Origin: an uncultured Hormoscilla sp.
GTDB taxonomy: Bacteria > Cyanobacteriota > Cyanobacteriia > Cyanobacteriales > Desertifilaceae
Reading direction: 5' to 3'
NCBI GenBank assembly: GCA_963921275.4
Contig: OZ001293.3
Location: 384,001-448,000 of the forward strand
DNA: 64,000 nucleotides
Positions 1 through 10,130 of the stretch are shown here, in pieces (the stretch's first letter is position 1; each line of letters opens with the position of its first letter). The notes beneath the pieces were generated by a model, which saw only the letters and a list, made by a program, of their open reading frames with translations, was not told the origin of the DNA and made no database searches. The position numbers were made by a program, and so were the translations under genes.

Positions 1-939
1 AACTCCCCGCAGCGCGTCAGTATGAATAGAGGTTTCCAACTCATCAATCAGTAGAACACCCCCTCGCACCTTTGCCAGGGTTAAGGCGTAAAGCAGGAGA
101 CGACGCACAGCATTACCGCAGATACTCAAAGGTGCTAGCCCCAACTGTTTGTGGTCAATATAAAGGCCCGAACCTATGCCCTGATTATCCAGAATTTCCA
201 AGCCAACAATTCCTGAGTCTATGACTTGCAGAAGCTTGATGACTTCGGGCTTAAACCTTTGTAAAATGGCTTCTGATAGCAGCCCCACATGCAACTGTTC
301 GATCCAGTGGTCTAAGGGTGTAACGATTTCAACTGGTAGCATTAGATTCCCTGATGCTAAGTCCTGATGTCGGACTTTCTTAGGGCTAAGGACTTGACTC
401 CTGGTAATCAAACGCCCAGAGTTCCACAACTGGAAATGTTCGGAATACTCCTGCTTTTCCTGATGCTGTTGTGGGTTGAAGATCGTAGCAACTAATTCTA
501 TATCCGCTTTATGTTCGCCTGACTCCCCTACACCTATTAACTCTCTGTATCCCCAAGGAACGCTACTCCCACTACCCGGGGGATACAGTCTGTAAATTGC
601 CCGAGAATCAATGACTGGGAAACTGCCATCGCCAGAGATATGTGTTTGGACCTGGTAAACATCGATTTTCCTGTCGCCATTCTGCTGATTTTGTGGTAAT
701 GCTGGAAACAGCCATTTGAGCCGTGATAGCAGATATTGACGATCGCCCTTTAAATCTCGTCCCCTAGTCAGCCATTGTAGCGGATCCAAGGGACGACAGT
801 AGGTAGAGATAGCTTCTAAAACGCTGGTTTTGCCTGAGTTATTGACGCCAACGAGCAGATTTATTTGCCCCAAGGAATCCCAACTCAGATCCCGCAGTCC
901 CCGGAACTGATGGATAGTAAGGTTTTTGATGTGGCTCAT
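1..939 (-). CDS. AAA family (AAA_15/AAA_21-like) ATPase, runs off the window edge
   Basis: Manual translation: MSHIKNLTIHQFRGL...VGVNNSGKTS (Walker A) ... VLLIDELETSIH (Walker B). Confidence 0.8.
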   Translation of the reverse strand, partial: MSHIKNLTIHQFRGLRDLSWDSLGQINLLVGVNNSGKTSVLEAISTYCRPLDPLQWLTRGRDLKGDRQYLLSRLKWLFPALPQNQQNGDRKIDVYQVQTHISGDGSFPVIDSRAIYRLYPPGSGSSVPWGYRELIGVGESGEHKADIELVATIFNPQQHQEKQEYSEHFQLWNSGRLITRSQVLSPKKVRHQDLASGNLMLPVEIVTPLDHWIEQLHVGLLSEAILQRFKPEVIKLLQVIDSGIVGLEILDNQGIGSGLYIDHKQLGLAPLSICGNAVRRLLLYALTLAKVRGGVLLIDELETSIHTDALRGV

Positions 940-998
940 TCGCTGGTGACCCGAATATCTCTATTGATTAATTGTAACATCAACAATCAACCATTTGA

Positions 999-2333
999 CT
1001 ATCGAATCACTTCCTCTGCTACTTTCGGTACCGCAGCAGTCAACACCTCACGTCCAGAATCTGTCACCAAAACATCATCCTCAATTCTAACTCCAATTCC
1101 GCGCCATTGCGGGTCTATCTCTGGTTGTTCCTCCGCAGGTTTTGTTTCCGAACTAATGTAAAGACCGGGTTCCACTGTAATTATCTGACCTGGTTGGAAT
1201 GTCAGCCAATCTTCTTCTCCTTCCCCCTGCTTGTAAAACCCCGCATCATGCACGTCTAAACCTAACCAATGACCAGTTCCGTGCATGTAAAAAGGTTTGT
1301 ATTTCTTCTCTTTAATCAGTTCTTCTATCTCACCCACTAGCAGTCCGATTTCTAGCAATCCTTCTACTAGTACTTTTACAGCTGTCCCATGCATATCATT
1401 GTAAGTCTTGCCCGGCTTTACCTGCTCGATAGCCTGTCTTTGGGCTTCTAGTACTATCTCATAAATCACCCGTTGTTGCATGGTAAACTTGCGATTTACC
1501 GGAAAAGTCCGAGTAATATCAGCATTATAATACTCGTAACAACAACCAGCGTCAATCAGCAATAAATCTCCATCTTGCAACTGGCGATTGTTCTCCACAT
1601 AATGTAATATGCAGGCATTCTGACCAGAGGCGACAATGGAAGGATAGGCCGGTCCCATCACCGACTGCTGGCGAAAAATATACTCCATTTCCGCTTGAAT
1701 TTCATATTCGTAAATCCCCGGACGGGCTAATTCCCGGGCCCGCTGATGGGCCTCCACCGAAATGGCGATCGCCTTTTTCATTAACTGCAATTCTGCGGAA
1801 CTTTTGACCGATCGCAAGGGATTGAGAATGAAAGCAGGATCTTCCAGGGCCATCGGTCCAGTGCCCCGTCTGGGATATGCTTTCAATTGCCGTTGCCAAT
1901 GCTTGATGATAGTCTGATTAAAAGCCTCATCCCGCCCGAGATGATAATAAATTCTGTCCGCCTTTTCCAGATACTGGGGCAACTTTTCATCCAGTTCTGT
2001 AATCGGATACACCTCATCGGCACCAAACTGTTCCTTTGCTGCATCGACGCCCACCCGGTAACCATTCCAGACTTCTTTTTCCCACTCCTTCGATCGGACA
2101 AACAGCACAAATTTATGTTCTTGGTGGTAGGGTGCCAAAACCGCCACCGCTGACGGTTCGTTGAAACCAGTCAGATAGAAAAAATCACTATCCTGTCGGA
2201 AATTGTACTCCACATCATTGTGCATCACGGCCATCGGGGCACTTCTAAAGATGGCAGTTCCTTGACCAATCTTCTCCATGAGGCGATCGCGACGCTGGTG
2301 GTATTCTGCTTGCATATATACTTGGCGAGACAA
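999..2333 (-). CDS. pepP: Xaa-Pro aminopeptidase P
   Basis: FRQDSDFFYLTG, DAGC..ADITRT, HWLGLDVHD, TVEPGLY and GVRIEDD M24 motifs. Confidence 0.93.
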   Translation of the reverse strand: MSRQVYMQAEYHQRRDRLMEKIGQGTAIFRSAPMAVMHNDVEYNFRQDSDFFYLTGFNEPSAVAVLAPYHQEHKFVLFVRSKEWEKEVWNGYRVGVDAAKEQFGADEVYPITELDEKLPQYLEKADRIYYHLGRDEAFNQTIIKHWQRQLKAYPRRGTGPMALEDPAFILNPLRSVKSSAELQLMKKAIAISVEAHQRARELARPGIYEYEIQAEMEYIFRQQSVMGPAYPSIVASGQNACILHYVENNRQLQDGDLLLIDAGCCYEYYNADITRTFPVNRKFTMQQRVIYEIVLEAQRQAIEQVKPGKTYNDMHGTAVKVLVEGLLEIGLLVGEIEELIKEKKYKPFYMHGTGHWLGLDVHDAGFYKQGEGEEDWLTFQPGQIITVEPGLYISSETKPAEEQPEIDPQWRGIGVRIEDDVLVTDSGREVLTAAVPKVAEEVIR

Positions 2334-2613
2334 CTCGTGCGACCATCATCCTATCACAGAAAAACTAACGGGTTTTGACCACACCCATCCCGCTATTCTG
2401 ACGACCGCAGATGTCACCGGTTACTACTTGCCACCTGTGGCTCCCTTGCTGGGGCTTGCTGGGGAAGATCTAGCTTTGACTGCGGGGATCTGAACATTAT
2501 GCTGCCGGTGCTCAACGCAGAGAAACCAGGTTTTGAGCGCGACGGCGTCGCCTGACGCCCAACGCGCGGCACTGCGCTTCCCGGAAAAACCGGGTTTTTT
2601 TAATGCTGCGAGG

Positions 2614-2701
2614 TTACTGCTCGCAGGGTGTAACCTTACTGCTCGCAGGGCGTAACCTTACTGCTCGCAGGGTGTAACCTTATTGCTCGCACAGTGTAAC
2701 C
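2614..2701. repeat. Tandem repeat, 22-bp unit x4
   Basis: ttactgctcgcagggtgtaacc repeated with few substitutions. Confidence 0.85.
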
Positions 2702-2864
2702 GGGTGTAATCAAAAGTAGTTGTATAGGGGATCCCCCCTAACCCCCCTTCTTAAGCTTCTTAAGGGGGGCTTAATAAGCCCCCCCTTTTGTAAGATACTG
2801 TGGGGCAATTAACTGGGGGGTGTAACCCCCCAATACAGCCAAACCCTCACCAAGAGAGGACTTT

Positions 2865-2898
2865 CTCCCCACTCCCCACTCCCCACTCCCTACTCCAG
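2865..2898. repeat. STRR-like heptamer tandem repeat
   Basis: (ctcccca)n, about 4-5 units. Confidence 0.7.
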
Positions 2899-3394
2899 AT
2901 CGTCGAGATCTCGTAATTCGCCCACAGCATCTTGTAAGGGGGGGTTTGGGGGGGATCCGACGACTGGAAGAGGCCATGAACGATCAACGGGTTTTGACCA
3001 GTTTTGACCACACCCCTTGCCATAACTGCGCTCTCCTATGCTATAATGGCTGAAACGCTTTCAGAGAAAGAGAATGGTAATGATTATTGTTTTTGTGCCT
3101 GGCGACAAAATTGATTCTCTGGCATCACAAGGAAAGCATCCTCTTGAACTTGTTTTTCTCATCTAGGGCATCGAGTAGAAGCGGTGAAACCGGGTTTCTT
3201 GTCAGGCTATCAACGAGATCTCAATACTTTGACCAGAGAAACCCGGTAACATGAGCCGACGTTCTAGGGGGTGCGATCTACTTCGGTATCGAGAAAATCG
3301 GCGATCGCAAGGGGAAATATCACATAAATTTAAGGCGATCGCCTCCCCTCCCAATCCATGTTATAATTGAAACGAAAGTATTATTGTTCCCACC

Positions 3395-3973
3395 ATGACC
3401 AGTACATCTGTTCTAGATTCAACCTTGGAAGCCTTCCTCAAACTGCCTTACATTGAGGAATCCCCTGCATGGGAATATAATGGTCAAAAAATTCAAAAAC
3501 CAATGCCCCAAACCCAACATAGTCGATTGCAATTCAAACTTTGTGAAGCCATCAATCAAGTTGGAGAAGATCGAGAGATTGCTTGTGCTTTTCCAGAATT
3601 ACGGTGTACATTTGGCGATCGCTCCCTCGTTCCCGATATTTCCATATTGCGTTGGGAACGAATTCCCATGACAGTCGAAGGGGATCTCATCAATAAGTTT
3701 AATTCATTTCCCGATTGGACTATTGAAATTCTTTCTCCAGACCAATCTTCCAACCGCGTCACGGCTAATTTTTTACATTGCTTAAAATATGGGAGTCAAT
3801 TGGGTTGGTTGCTCGATCCTAGCGATCGCTCCGTGCTCGTTTTTCAACCCCGGCAAGAACCGACGATTTTCTCACAAAGGGATCCCTTGCCAGTGCTGAC
3901 GGGAATGGAACTGGAAATGAATGCCATGGAAATCTTTGCTTGGTTGAAAATGAAACCAAAAAGAACTAGGTAA
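3395..3973 (+). CDS. Uma2 family endonuclease
   Basis: QKPMP..HSRLQ, PELRC, VPDIS, PDWTIEILSP motifs. Confidence 0.9.
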   Translation: MTSTSVLDSTLEAFLKLPYIEESPAWEYNGQKIQKPMPQTQHSRLQFKLCEAINQVGEDREIACAFPELRCTFGDRSLVPDISILRWERIPMTVEGDLINKFNSFPDWTIEILSPDQSSNRVTANFLHCLKYGSQLGWLLDPSDRSVLVFQPRQEPTIFSQRDPLPVLTGMELEMNAMEIFAWLKMKPKRTR

Positions 3974-3985
3974 GCAAGAAGTTGC

Positions 3986-4192
3986 TTATTGTCCGCGTCC
4001 GGGTTGACAATCGACAAAACTCAATGCCTCTGTATCGAGGAAGCTGGCGATCGCCATCTCAATGACTGCTTCAACCGGATACTCAATTTCAGCGGCACGG
4101 GCTATTAGGACCGATCGAATCCGTTCTGGTAAGCGTTCCAAGATAATTTCGGCATCAAAGCCAGAAAGTCTATCCTCTAGTTTTGCTTGCAT
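3986..4192 (-). CDS. Small conserved cyanobacterial hypothetical protein
   Basis: ORF with EYPVEAVIEMAIASFLD motif; a related fragment lies near 56906. Confidence 0.6.
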   Translation of the reverse strand: MQAKLEDRLSGFDAEIILERLPERIRSVLIARAAEIEYPVEAVIEMAIASFLDTEALSFVDCQPGRGQ

Positions 4193-4204
4193 CAATTGAA
4201 ATAA

Positions 4205-4999
4205 TCAAGAGTTAAACTCATAACTGAGCACTTTAATCTCAGAGCCATTTTCTGGCAAATCAGCAGCACTAAGGGCGATCGCATCTCCATCAATGCGGCG
4301 CACCGACATGCCATCCATCAGGGCCAGAAATTCATTCACCATGACAATATCGCAAGCATTAGCATCAGCAGCAGCCGTGCGGTAATGGGTAGGAATGACA
4401 AGCTTCGGGTTCAGCACCGTCAGGGCCTGCTTGGCTTCCGAGGGATTATAGGCTTTGGGACCGCCTCCTACTGGGATGAATACCACATCCGGAGTCCCCA
4501 TGAGAATCTTCTGTTCGATCGATATTGGTGCCGCGACCCCTCCCAAGTGCAGGATCTTGATTCCTGCTTGGTTCCAGCACCACGCCACATTAGTTCCAAA
4601 CCGGCGTCCCCCTTCCCGATCGTGGTCAGTTTTAATTCCCTGAATCTGTATCTGAGAACCTATATTATAGGCTCCAGGCTGATATAATAACTGTGGCTTG
4701 CCTGGGAGAGATTCGATCGCCCCTTCATCCAGTAACTGACTGCTGATCAACACCACATCCGCCTCTACATTAGGAGGACGATATCTCGCCGTGCAGCCGA
4801 GAGTGCGGAAAGGATTTACCAGGATGCGTTGCCCCTCTCCGGTAAACATAAAACAAGTGTGACCCAACCACTCAATTGACAAGGACTCTGCCTTGGGAAC
4901 TGCAACAGAAGCCTGTAAGGACGCCGCCCTAGCTGTGAGTACAGCAGTGAGTAAACTTGGACCCGCGTAGCGCATCAACTGTCGCCGTTTCATCATCAT
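4205..4999 (-). CDS. MBL-fold metallo-hydrolase with Tat-like signal
   Basis: MKRRQLM.. twin arginine; WLGHTCF, HLGG, IPTHY motifs; start chosen by inspection. Confidence 0.85.
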   Translation of the reverse strand: MMMKRRQLMRYAGPSLLTAVLTARAASLQASVAVPKAESLSIEWLGHTCFMFTGEGQRILVNPFRTLGCTARYRPPNVEADVVLISSQLLDEGAIESLPGKPQLLYQPGAYNIGSQIQIQGIKTDHDREGGRRFGTNVAWCWNQAGIKILHLGGVAAPISIEQKILMGTPDVVFIPVGGGPKAYNPSEAKQALTVLNPKLVIPTHYRTAAADANACDIVMVNEFLALMDGMSVRRIDGDAIALSAADLPENGSEIKVLSYEFNS

Positions 5000-5025
5000 C
5001 AATTTCTCTAATTTCTCTACAATCA

Positions 5026-5613
5026 CTACAGCTGGTTCAGGAAATTTCGCAGCAACTGCTTGCCTGCTTTTGTGAGAATACTCTCCGGATGGAATTGGAC
5101 GCCCTGAATGTGAGGATATTGCCGATGTCGCACCGACATAATTGTCTCATCTTCCACCCAGGCTGTAATTTCCAGCACCTCTGGACAAGTCTCCCGATCA
5201 ATTACCAAAGAATGATAGCGCGTCGCCATCAATGGACTTTCCACCTCTTGGAATACCCCCACACCTGTATGATGTACTAACGATGTCTTGCCATGCATCA
5301 ACAATGGAGCCGAAACTATCTTACCACCAAACACTTGACCAATGCTTTGATGTCCCAGACAGACACCCAGAATTGGTAAACTCGGTCCCAACTCTCTAAT
5401 CAAATCTAAAGAAATACCCGCATCTTCCGGACGTCCCGGTCCTGGAGAAATCACCACCGCATCTGGTTCCATCTGACGAATCTCTGCGACTGAGATTTTA
5501 TCATTCCGATAGACCTGAATATCTTCAGCTACGGGCAACTCATTGCTTAACTCTCCCAGATATTGTACCAGGTTATAAGTGAAACTGTCGTAATTATCGA
5601 TAACTATGATCAA
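5026..5613 (-). CDS. trpG: Anthranilate/aminodeoxychorismate synthase component II
   Basis: IDNYDSFTYN, SPGPG, GVCLGHQ, QFHPES glutamine amidotransferase motifs. Confidence 0.92.
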   Translation of the reverse strand: MIIVIDNYDSFTYNLVQYLGELSNELPVAEDIQVYRNDKISVAEIRQMEPDAVVISPGPGRPEDAGISLDLIRELGPSLPILGVCLGHQSIGQVFGGKIVSAPLLMHGKTSLVHHTGVGVFQEVESPLMATRYHSLVIDRETCPEVLEITAWVEDETIMSVRHRQYPHIQGVQFHPESILTKAGKQLLRNFLNQL

Positions 5614-5648
5614 CTTTTTTACTCCTAATATCTCTTGTTCATTAACTT

Positions 5649-5832
5649 GGCTCTTCTCAATCTAGTATGCCAAATTTATAGCTAATGTGCCTGAAACCCT
5701 TTACCAGTGAGGGTTACAACACCTGTGCCTTGCCAATCAGCCGATCTTGTTCGACAAAAACCTCAAATCTAGGTATAGCAAGGCTTTGAGGCTATTTTGA
5801 GGGCAATTTAGCATACCATTTCACGAAGAGCC
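5649..5832. mobile_element. MITE, ISL3-like ends
   Basis: Terminal inverted repeat GGCTCTTC...GAAGAGCC flanked by 8-bp direct repeat ATTAACTT (5641-5648, 5833-5840). Confidence 0.8.
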
Positions 5833-5863
5833 ATTAACTTTTTCTTTTTATGTTATCTGATTT

Positions 5864-6805
5864 CTATTGCCAAGTTTTTACCATCATAGCGATCAGGGGA
5901 GGAAACAGCAGCAACCCCGCCACCAGCAGAGCTACCAATGCCGAAATCAGCACCGCACCCGCAGCGCAATCCTTAGCTATTTTAGCAAGTTCGTGGTATG
6001 ATTTATTTACGGTTAAGTCAACAACCGCCTCAAGGGCCGTATTGAGTAACTCCATCGTCAAAACCAGTCCACTTGTCAGTTCAATTACAGCTATTTCCAC
6101 TAACTGTAAATGGAAAATAAAGCTGCCGCTCATCGCCAGAGTGCCAAGCACCAGATGAATGCGAAAATTGCGTTGGGTATAAAAAGCGTACCTTACTCCC
6201 TGCCAGGCATATTTGAAACTAACTAGGAGGTTTTCAGCCACCTGCCAGGATGATTCCCGGTTGGGTTTTAGAGCCTGATGAGAGTTGTTTTGAGTCTGCA
6301 TCTCTACCGTCATCCCCGATGGTATAACATTCGTAACAATTCCAGCTGTTTGCAGTAGCATATCTTGCTGCTCCAACATTCGCGTTTTGCTCTCGTCGTC
6401 AGGATGATCCCAGCCCAGGAGATGGAGAAAACCGTGGGCTGCAAGCCAAGCTAGCTCATATGATAGTGAATGTCTTTGCTGTTGCGCTTGTCGGTCAGCT
6501 GTCTCGACCGAAATCACGATATCACCCAGAGTCAGAGGATGCAACTCATGGCACTCGGGAAAGTCCACTTCCAACGCTGCGAAAGCCAAGACATCTGTGG
6601 GCTGATGCTGATGGCAATACTGGGCATTAATTGTCTGAATTTCGGCATCGCTAGTCAGAAGGAGACTCAGTTCATAGCCCTTAGCTAGTGGCAGTTTTGG
6701 ATGCATTTTTTCTAACCATAGATAGAACCAACCCGCCCAAGTTCGATCGTCAATTGGGCAATTGGTACTGGCAAAATGCCTCTGAATACTAACTTCAACT
6801 TCCAC
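5864..6805 (-). CDS. ybeY: YbeY rRNA maturation endoribonuclease fused to diacylglycerol kinase (DgkA)
   Basis: PTDVLAF, LGDIVIS, HGFLHLLGWDH, then SFKYAWQG, ELLNTALEAVVDL, KIAKDCAAGAV in one ORF. Confidence 0.85.
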   Translation of the reverse strand: MEVEVSIQRHFASTNCPIDDRTWAGWFYLWLEKMHPKLPLAKGYELSLLLTSDAEIQTINAQYCHQHQPTDVLAFAALEVDFPECHELHPLTLGDIVISVETADRQAQQQRHSLSYELAWLAAHGFLHLLGWDHPDDESKTRMLEQQDMLLQTAGIVTNVIPSGMTVEMQTQNNSHQALKPNRESSWQVAENLLVSFKYAWQGVRYAFYTQRNFRIHLVLGTLAMSGSFIFHLQLVEIAVIELTSGLVLTMELLNTALEAVVDLTVNKSYHELAKIAKDCAAGAVLISALVALLVAGLLLFPPLIAMMVKTWQ

Positions 6806-6860
6806 TCTGGAGTTCCCTCATACTATTCGTTCCTTGTTGCGCTTTTGCGCCGTTCCTCAA

Positions 6861-7205
6861 GTAAACCTCCGTGAGCTTGGAATCCCCGTCGCGGAGAGCG
6901 CGAAAAGCAAGCGAGCGGCTTTAGTCGCAGTCAGGCTACACATAGTCGGTTATATCTCCTAATTAACTGTACTTTGTTGACGCTGAACTGCCCGACCCGC
7001 TTCCAGTTATGGTCGTAAATGGACAGATTTTTTGTCCTGGCGGTATCGGTATAACCACCAATCCAGCCCCGAGCAACTTTGCCCGCCTTCTCAGCTTGCA
7101 CATAGTCCCCACTTCGGAAACCCCAGGGTGTAACTGTCCCGCCTTTGCGTTTGCAGACGCCACCTTCTTACCCAAGCTCCGTCGCTTCAGCGCGGAGAAG
7201 GTGAC
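6861..7205 (-). mobile_element. IS200/IS605-type deletion derivative carrying an RRXRR/IsrB-like C-terminus
   Basis: Left end GTCACCTTCTCCGCGCTGAAGCGACGGAGCTTG; minus frame ~7168-6931 reads GGVCKRKGGTVTPWGFRSGDYVQAEKAG...YDHNWKRVGQF...RLCVA*; hairpin right end followed by TTGA. Confidence 0.7.
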
Positions 7206-7420
7206 CGAGTCAAATAGGACAAGAGGATGAGGATGCCTACAAGACCAACAGTTGTCAGGACAAAATGCTTTAAGGAAGTGCCGCCTTTACGCACCATGTT
7301 GCGCATCGCTAGCTTGACGTAACTTGGTTGGGGTTCTGTTGCTGCTGGTGCTTCCCGATCTACCACCGGTTCTGCATTAACTGGCGCTTCTACCCGGTCA
7401 GTTGGAGATGATTGGCTCAT
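7187..7420 (-). CDS. DUF3285-like small membrane protein, C-terminus extended by an insertion
   Basis: PSYVKLAMRNMVRKGGTSLKHF motif. Confidence 0.75.
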   Translation of the reverse strand: MSQSSPTDRVEAPVNAEPVVDREAPAATEPQPSYVKLAMRNMVRKGGTSLKHFVLTTVGLVGILILLSYLTRSPSPR

Positions 7421-7567
7421 AAGCTGAGTGCAAACAATTTCTCTCTAGTCTAGCAGTTTTGTTACATTTTGTTAAGTAAAGACCACAAAAAAATCTCTAC
7501 ACCGCCAAGGCACCGGCGTATTGCGGAAAGGGGGATGGGGCGATCTCCCCATCCCCGATCGGCTCTA

Positions 7568-8693
7568 TTAGGCACCAATACTCTCGACCAGCTGGTTTTC
7601 CTGGCGGAGATAAGCTTGGATGAAGGGGTCAAGATCGCCGTTCATCACATCTGTAATGGCTGTCGTTTCCGCAGTAGTACGGAGGTCTTTCACCATTTGG
7701 TAGGGGTGGAAGACGTAATTGCGAATCTGGTTGCCCCAGGCTGCTTCTACCATATCACCCCGGATATCAGCAATTTTTTGGGTGTGCTGTTCCTGGGCGA
7801 TCACCAGTAGCTTGGCTTTCAGGAGGGCGATCGCCTTCTCCTTGTTTTGCAGCTGACTGCGTTCCTGGGTACAGCGCACGGCAATGCCAGAGGGAATATG
7901 AACAACCCGCACGGCAGTTTCCACCTTGTTGACATTCTGGCCGCCCTTGCCACCAGAACGAGAGGTAGTAATTTCCAAATCTTTTTCGGGAAGGTCCAGC
8001 TGCACCTCCTCATCCAGGATGGGCATGACTTCCACCCCAGCGAAGCTAGTCTGGCGCTTGCCATTGGCATTGAAGGGAGAGATCCGCACCAGTCGATGGG
8101 TGCCTTTTTCTGCCTTCAGGTAACCGTAGGCATAGCGACCGGAGATTTCCAGGGTGGCAGACTTGATGCCCGCTTCATCCCCTTCCGAGATTTCGGCTAA
8201 ATTTACCTTATAACTGTGGTCTTTGCCCCAACGATCGTACATCCGCAGTAACATTTCGGCCCAGTCTTGAGCGTCTGTGCCGCCAGCACCAGCATTAATC
8301 GTGAGTACCGCTCCTTTTTTGTCATAGGGGCCCGACAACAATCTTTGCAATTCCCACTGATCGAATTGGCGGCTTAAGTGGGAAATATTAGATTGGGCCT
8401 CTTGGAGCAGCGACCGATCGACTTCTAACTCCAGCAGATCCAAGACGGCCCTCAGATCTTCTATGCTAGCTTGCCATTGTCCAAACTGTTCCCAGTGAGA
8501 TTTCAGCTCGTTGAGTTCTTGCAATGTCTGCTGGGCACCTGTATGGTCCTCCCAGAATTCTGGTTGTGCTGCCAGCTGTTCTAAGTCTTGGATTTTCGCA
8601 GTCAGTGCGGGAATGTCAAAGATAGTCCTGGGTTTTACCCAGGCGCAATGACAAGGTTTCGATTTCCCGCTTGATGTCTAGAAGTTCCATCAT
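7568..8693 (-). CDS. prfB: Peptide chain release factor 2 with programmed +1 frameshift
   Basis: SPF and GGQ motifs; upstream frame [25 protein letters not shown] ends at CTT TGA C. Confidence 0.95.
8615..8630 (-). promoter_or_regulatory. prfB +1 frameshift site
   Basis: Minus strand CCAGGACTATCTTTGAC: CTT TGA C with AGGA just upstream. Confidence 0.9.
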
Positions 8694-8755
8694 GGTTTCG
8701 ATGCTTGATTATTGGCGAGTTACTCTCTGGTCGATCTTAGCTTTTTTTTCCACTA

Positions 8756-8788
8756 AAAAATGGCAGGCAACTGTTGCCTGCCATTTTT
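8756..8788. terminator. Intrinsic terminator-like hairpin
   Basis: aaaaatggcaggcaac-t-gttgcctgccattttt perfect inverted repeat with A/T tails. Confidence 0.75.
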
Positions 8789-8809
8789 GCTCTATTCGAC
8801 TACCGCTTT

Positions 8810-9544
8810 TTAGTCGCGACTACCACCACTAATGGCAATCAGCAACCGCAGGATGAAGATAAACAGGTTGATGTAGGTCAGGTACATCGACAAGGCAGCG
8901 GATAGATACTGGTCATCGTTATAGGTCCGGGGCAGAATGTAGAAATCCACCACGGCGACACCGGCAAACAGAAAGACGCCGAAGCCGGAGATGGCAATTT
9001 CTAGCCAAGTAGGTGTGTAGACCCCGAAGATGGCAAACAAGAATTGGGCAACGATGACTATGAAGAAGCCAATCATTGCTATAGAGATCGCTTGAGTCCA
9101 GGCTAGACCATCAGTATCTGAGAGATTGGATCCTATCTGCCTGGCGACCACAAAGGTAATCCCACAACCGAGGGCGGCGATCGCAATTCCTTCGGCGCCA
9201 ACCCCCTGTGTCCCCAGGGCTACATAAATTAAGCCGCTGAGGGTGTAGCCGGACAACAGGCTGTAGAGCGCCAGCAGGGGCAGGGCCGTGCTGTTATTCC
9301 CATTTACCGCGACGCTACGGGCAACAAAGAACAAGGCTAGTTCTGCAATTATGGCCACAAAGAAGGTGGACATGAACAGCCCTGGGTTGCTATTGATCAT
9401 GCCAATGCCCCCGTAGCTGCCAACTGCGGTTAACAACAGACCGCCACCCACGTAGGGCAGGGCGTTGGGGATGACATTGGGGCCAATAATTGCCTGACCT
9501 CGGGCTTCGCTTATCGCTTGCCGGAAATTGCTGCTATTACTCAT
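8810..9544 (-). CDS. Bax inhibitor-1/YccA family membrane protein
   Basis: Multi-TM ORF ending YLSAALSMYLTYINLFIFILRLL. Confidence 0.88.
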   Translation of the reverse strand: MSNSSNFRQAISEARGQAIIGPNVIPNALPYVGGGLLLTAVGSYGGIGMINSNPGLFMSTFFVAIIAELALFFVARSVAVNGNNSTALPLLALYSLLSGYTLSGLIYVALGTQGVGAEGIAIAALGCGITFVVARQIGSNLSDTDGLAWTQAISIAMIGFFIVIVAQFLFAIFGVYTPTWLEIAISGFGVFLFAGVAVVDFYILPRTYNDDQYLSAALSMYLTYINLFIFILRLLIAISGGSRD

Positions 9545-9692
9545 GATACTTCTTTTTGACAAACCACTTTACTACCGTGACTTTTATGATAACACAAATC
9601 TCTAAGAGCTGAGCTGCGGTACCTGGAGCATGTCATAACTCATTGTCACCTCTTGGGGATCTGCTCCCTTGATTATAGGATTTTTCTCTCAC

Positions 9693-9940
9693 TATACTCT
9701 GAACGGTCAGAAACTGCGCATATGAAGGCAGGCAATATGTCATTGCGAGGGGGGAGTAATTGAGCCTTGTGCTTTTTGAGTAACTGAGTAACGTCCTCCC
9801 CCCCGAAGCAATCTCCCAGCGCGTGGAGATTGCTTCGGGGGGGTCTGATAGTTGTGCTCTCCAGAGTTACTGCTGCGGTAGCCCCCCTCGCAATGACACC
9901 AACAATGCCTTAAGCGCAAGTCGATGCCTTTCAAAGTATA
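9693..9940. mobile_element. MITE-like element, family shared with 16143-16418
   Basis: Imperfect TIR TATACTCTGAACGG...CCTTTCAAAGTATA; subterminal blocks ggtcagaaactgcgc and caatgacaccaacaatgc shared with 16143-16418. Confidence 0.6.
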
Positions 9941-10130
9941 AATCAACTCTGCCCGCTCGCAGCTCTAAAAATATCCCCTTGTGTATACTATTAATATTTA
10001 ATTGTGCTAATATCAAGTAGGGATATCCCCTCGATTATGTGGGAGCGAGGAGGCTGCCCCCGGATCTACGATCTGATTCACCAGTAGCCCAGAAACCCTG
10101 TTTTTCCAAAAAACAGGGTTTCTTAATTCT

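Noticed and set aside
8615..8621. prfB break as a pseudogene or novelty
   Set aside because: Canonical programmed +1 frameshift
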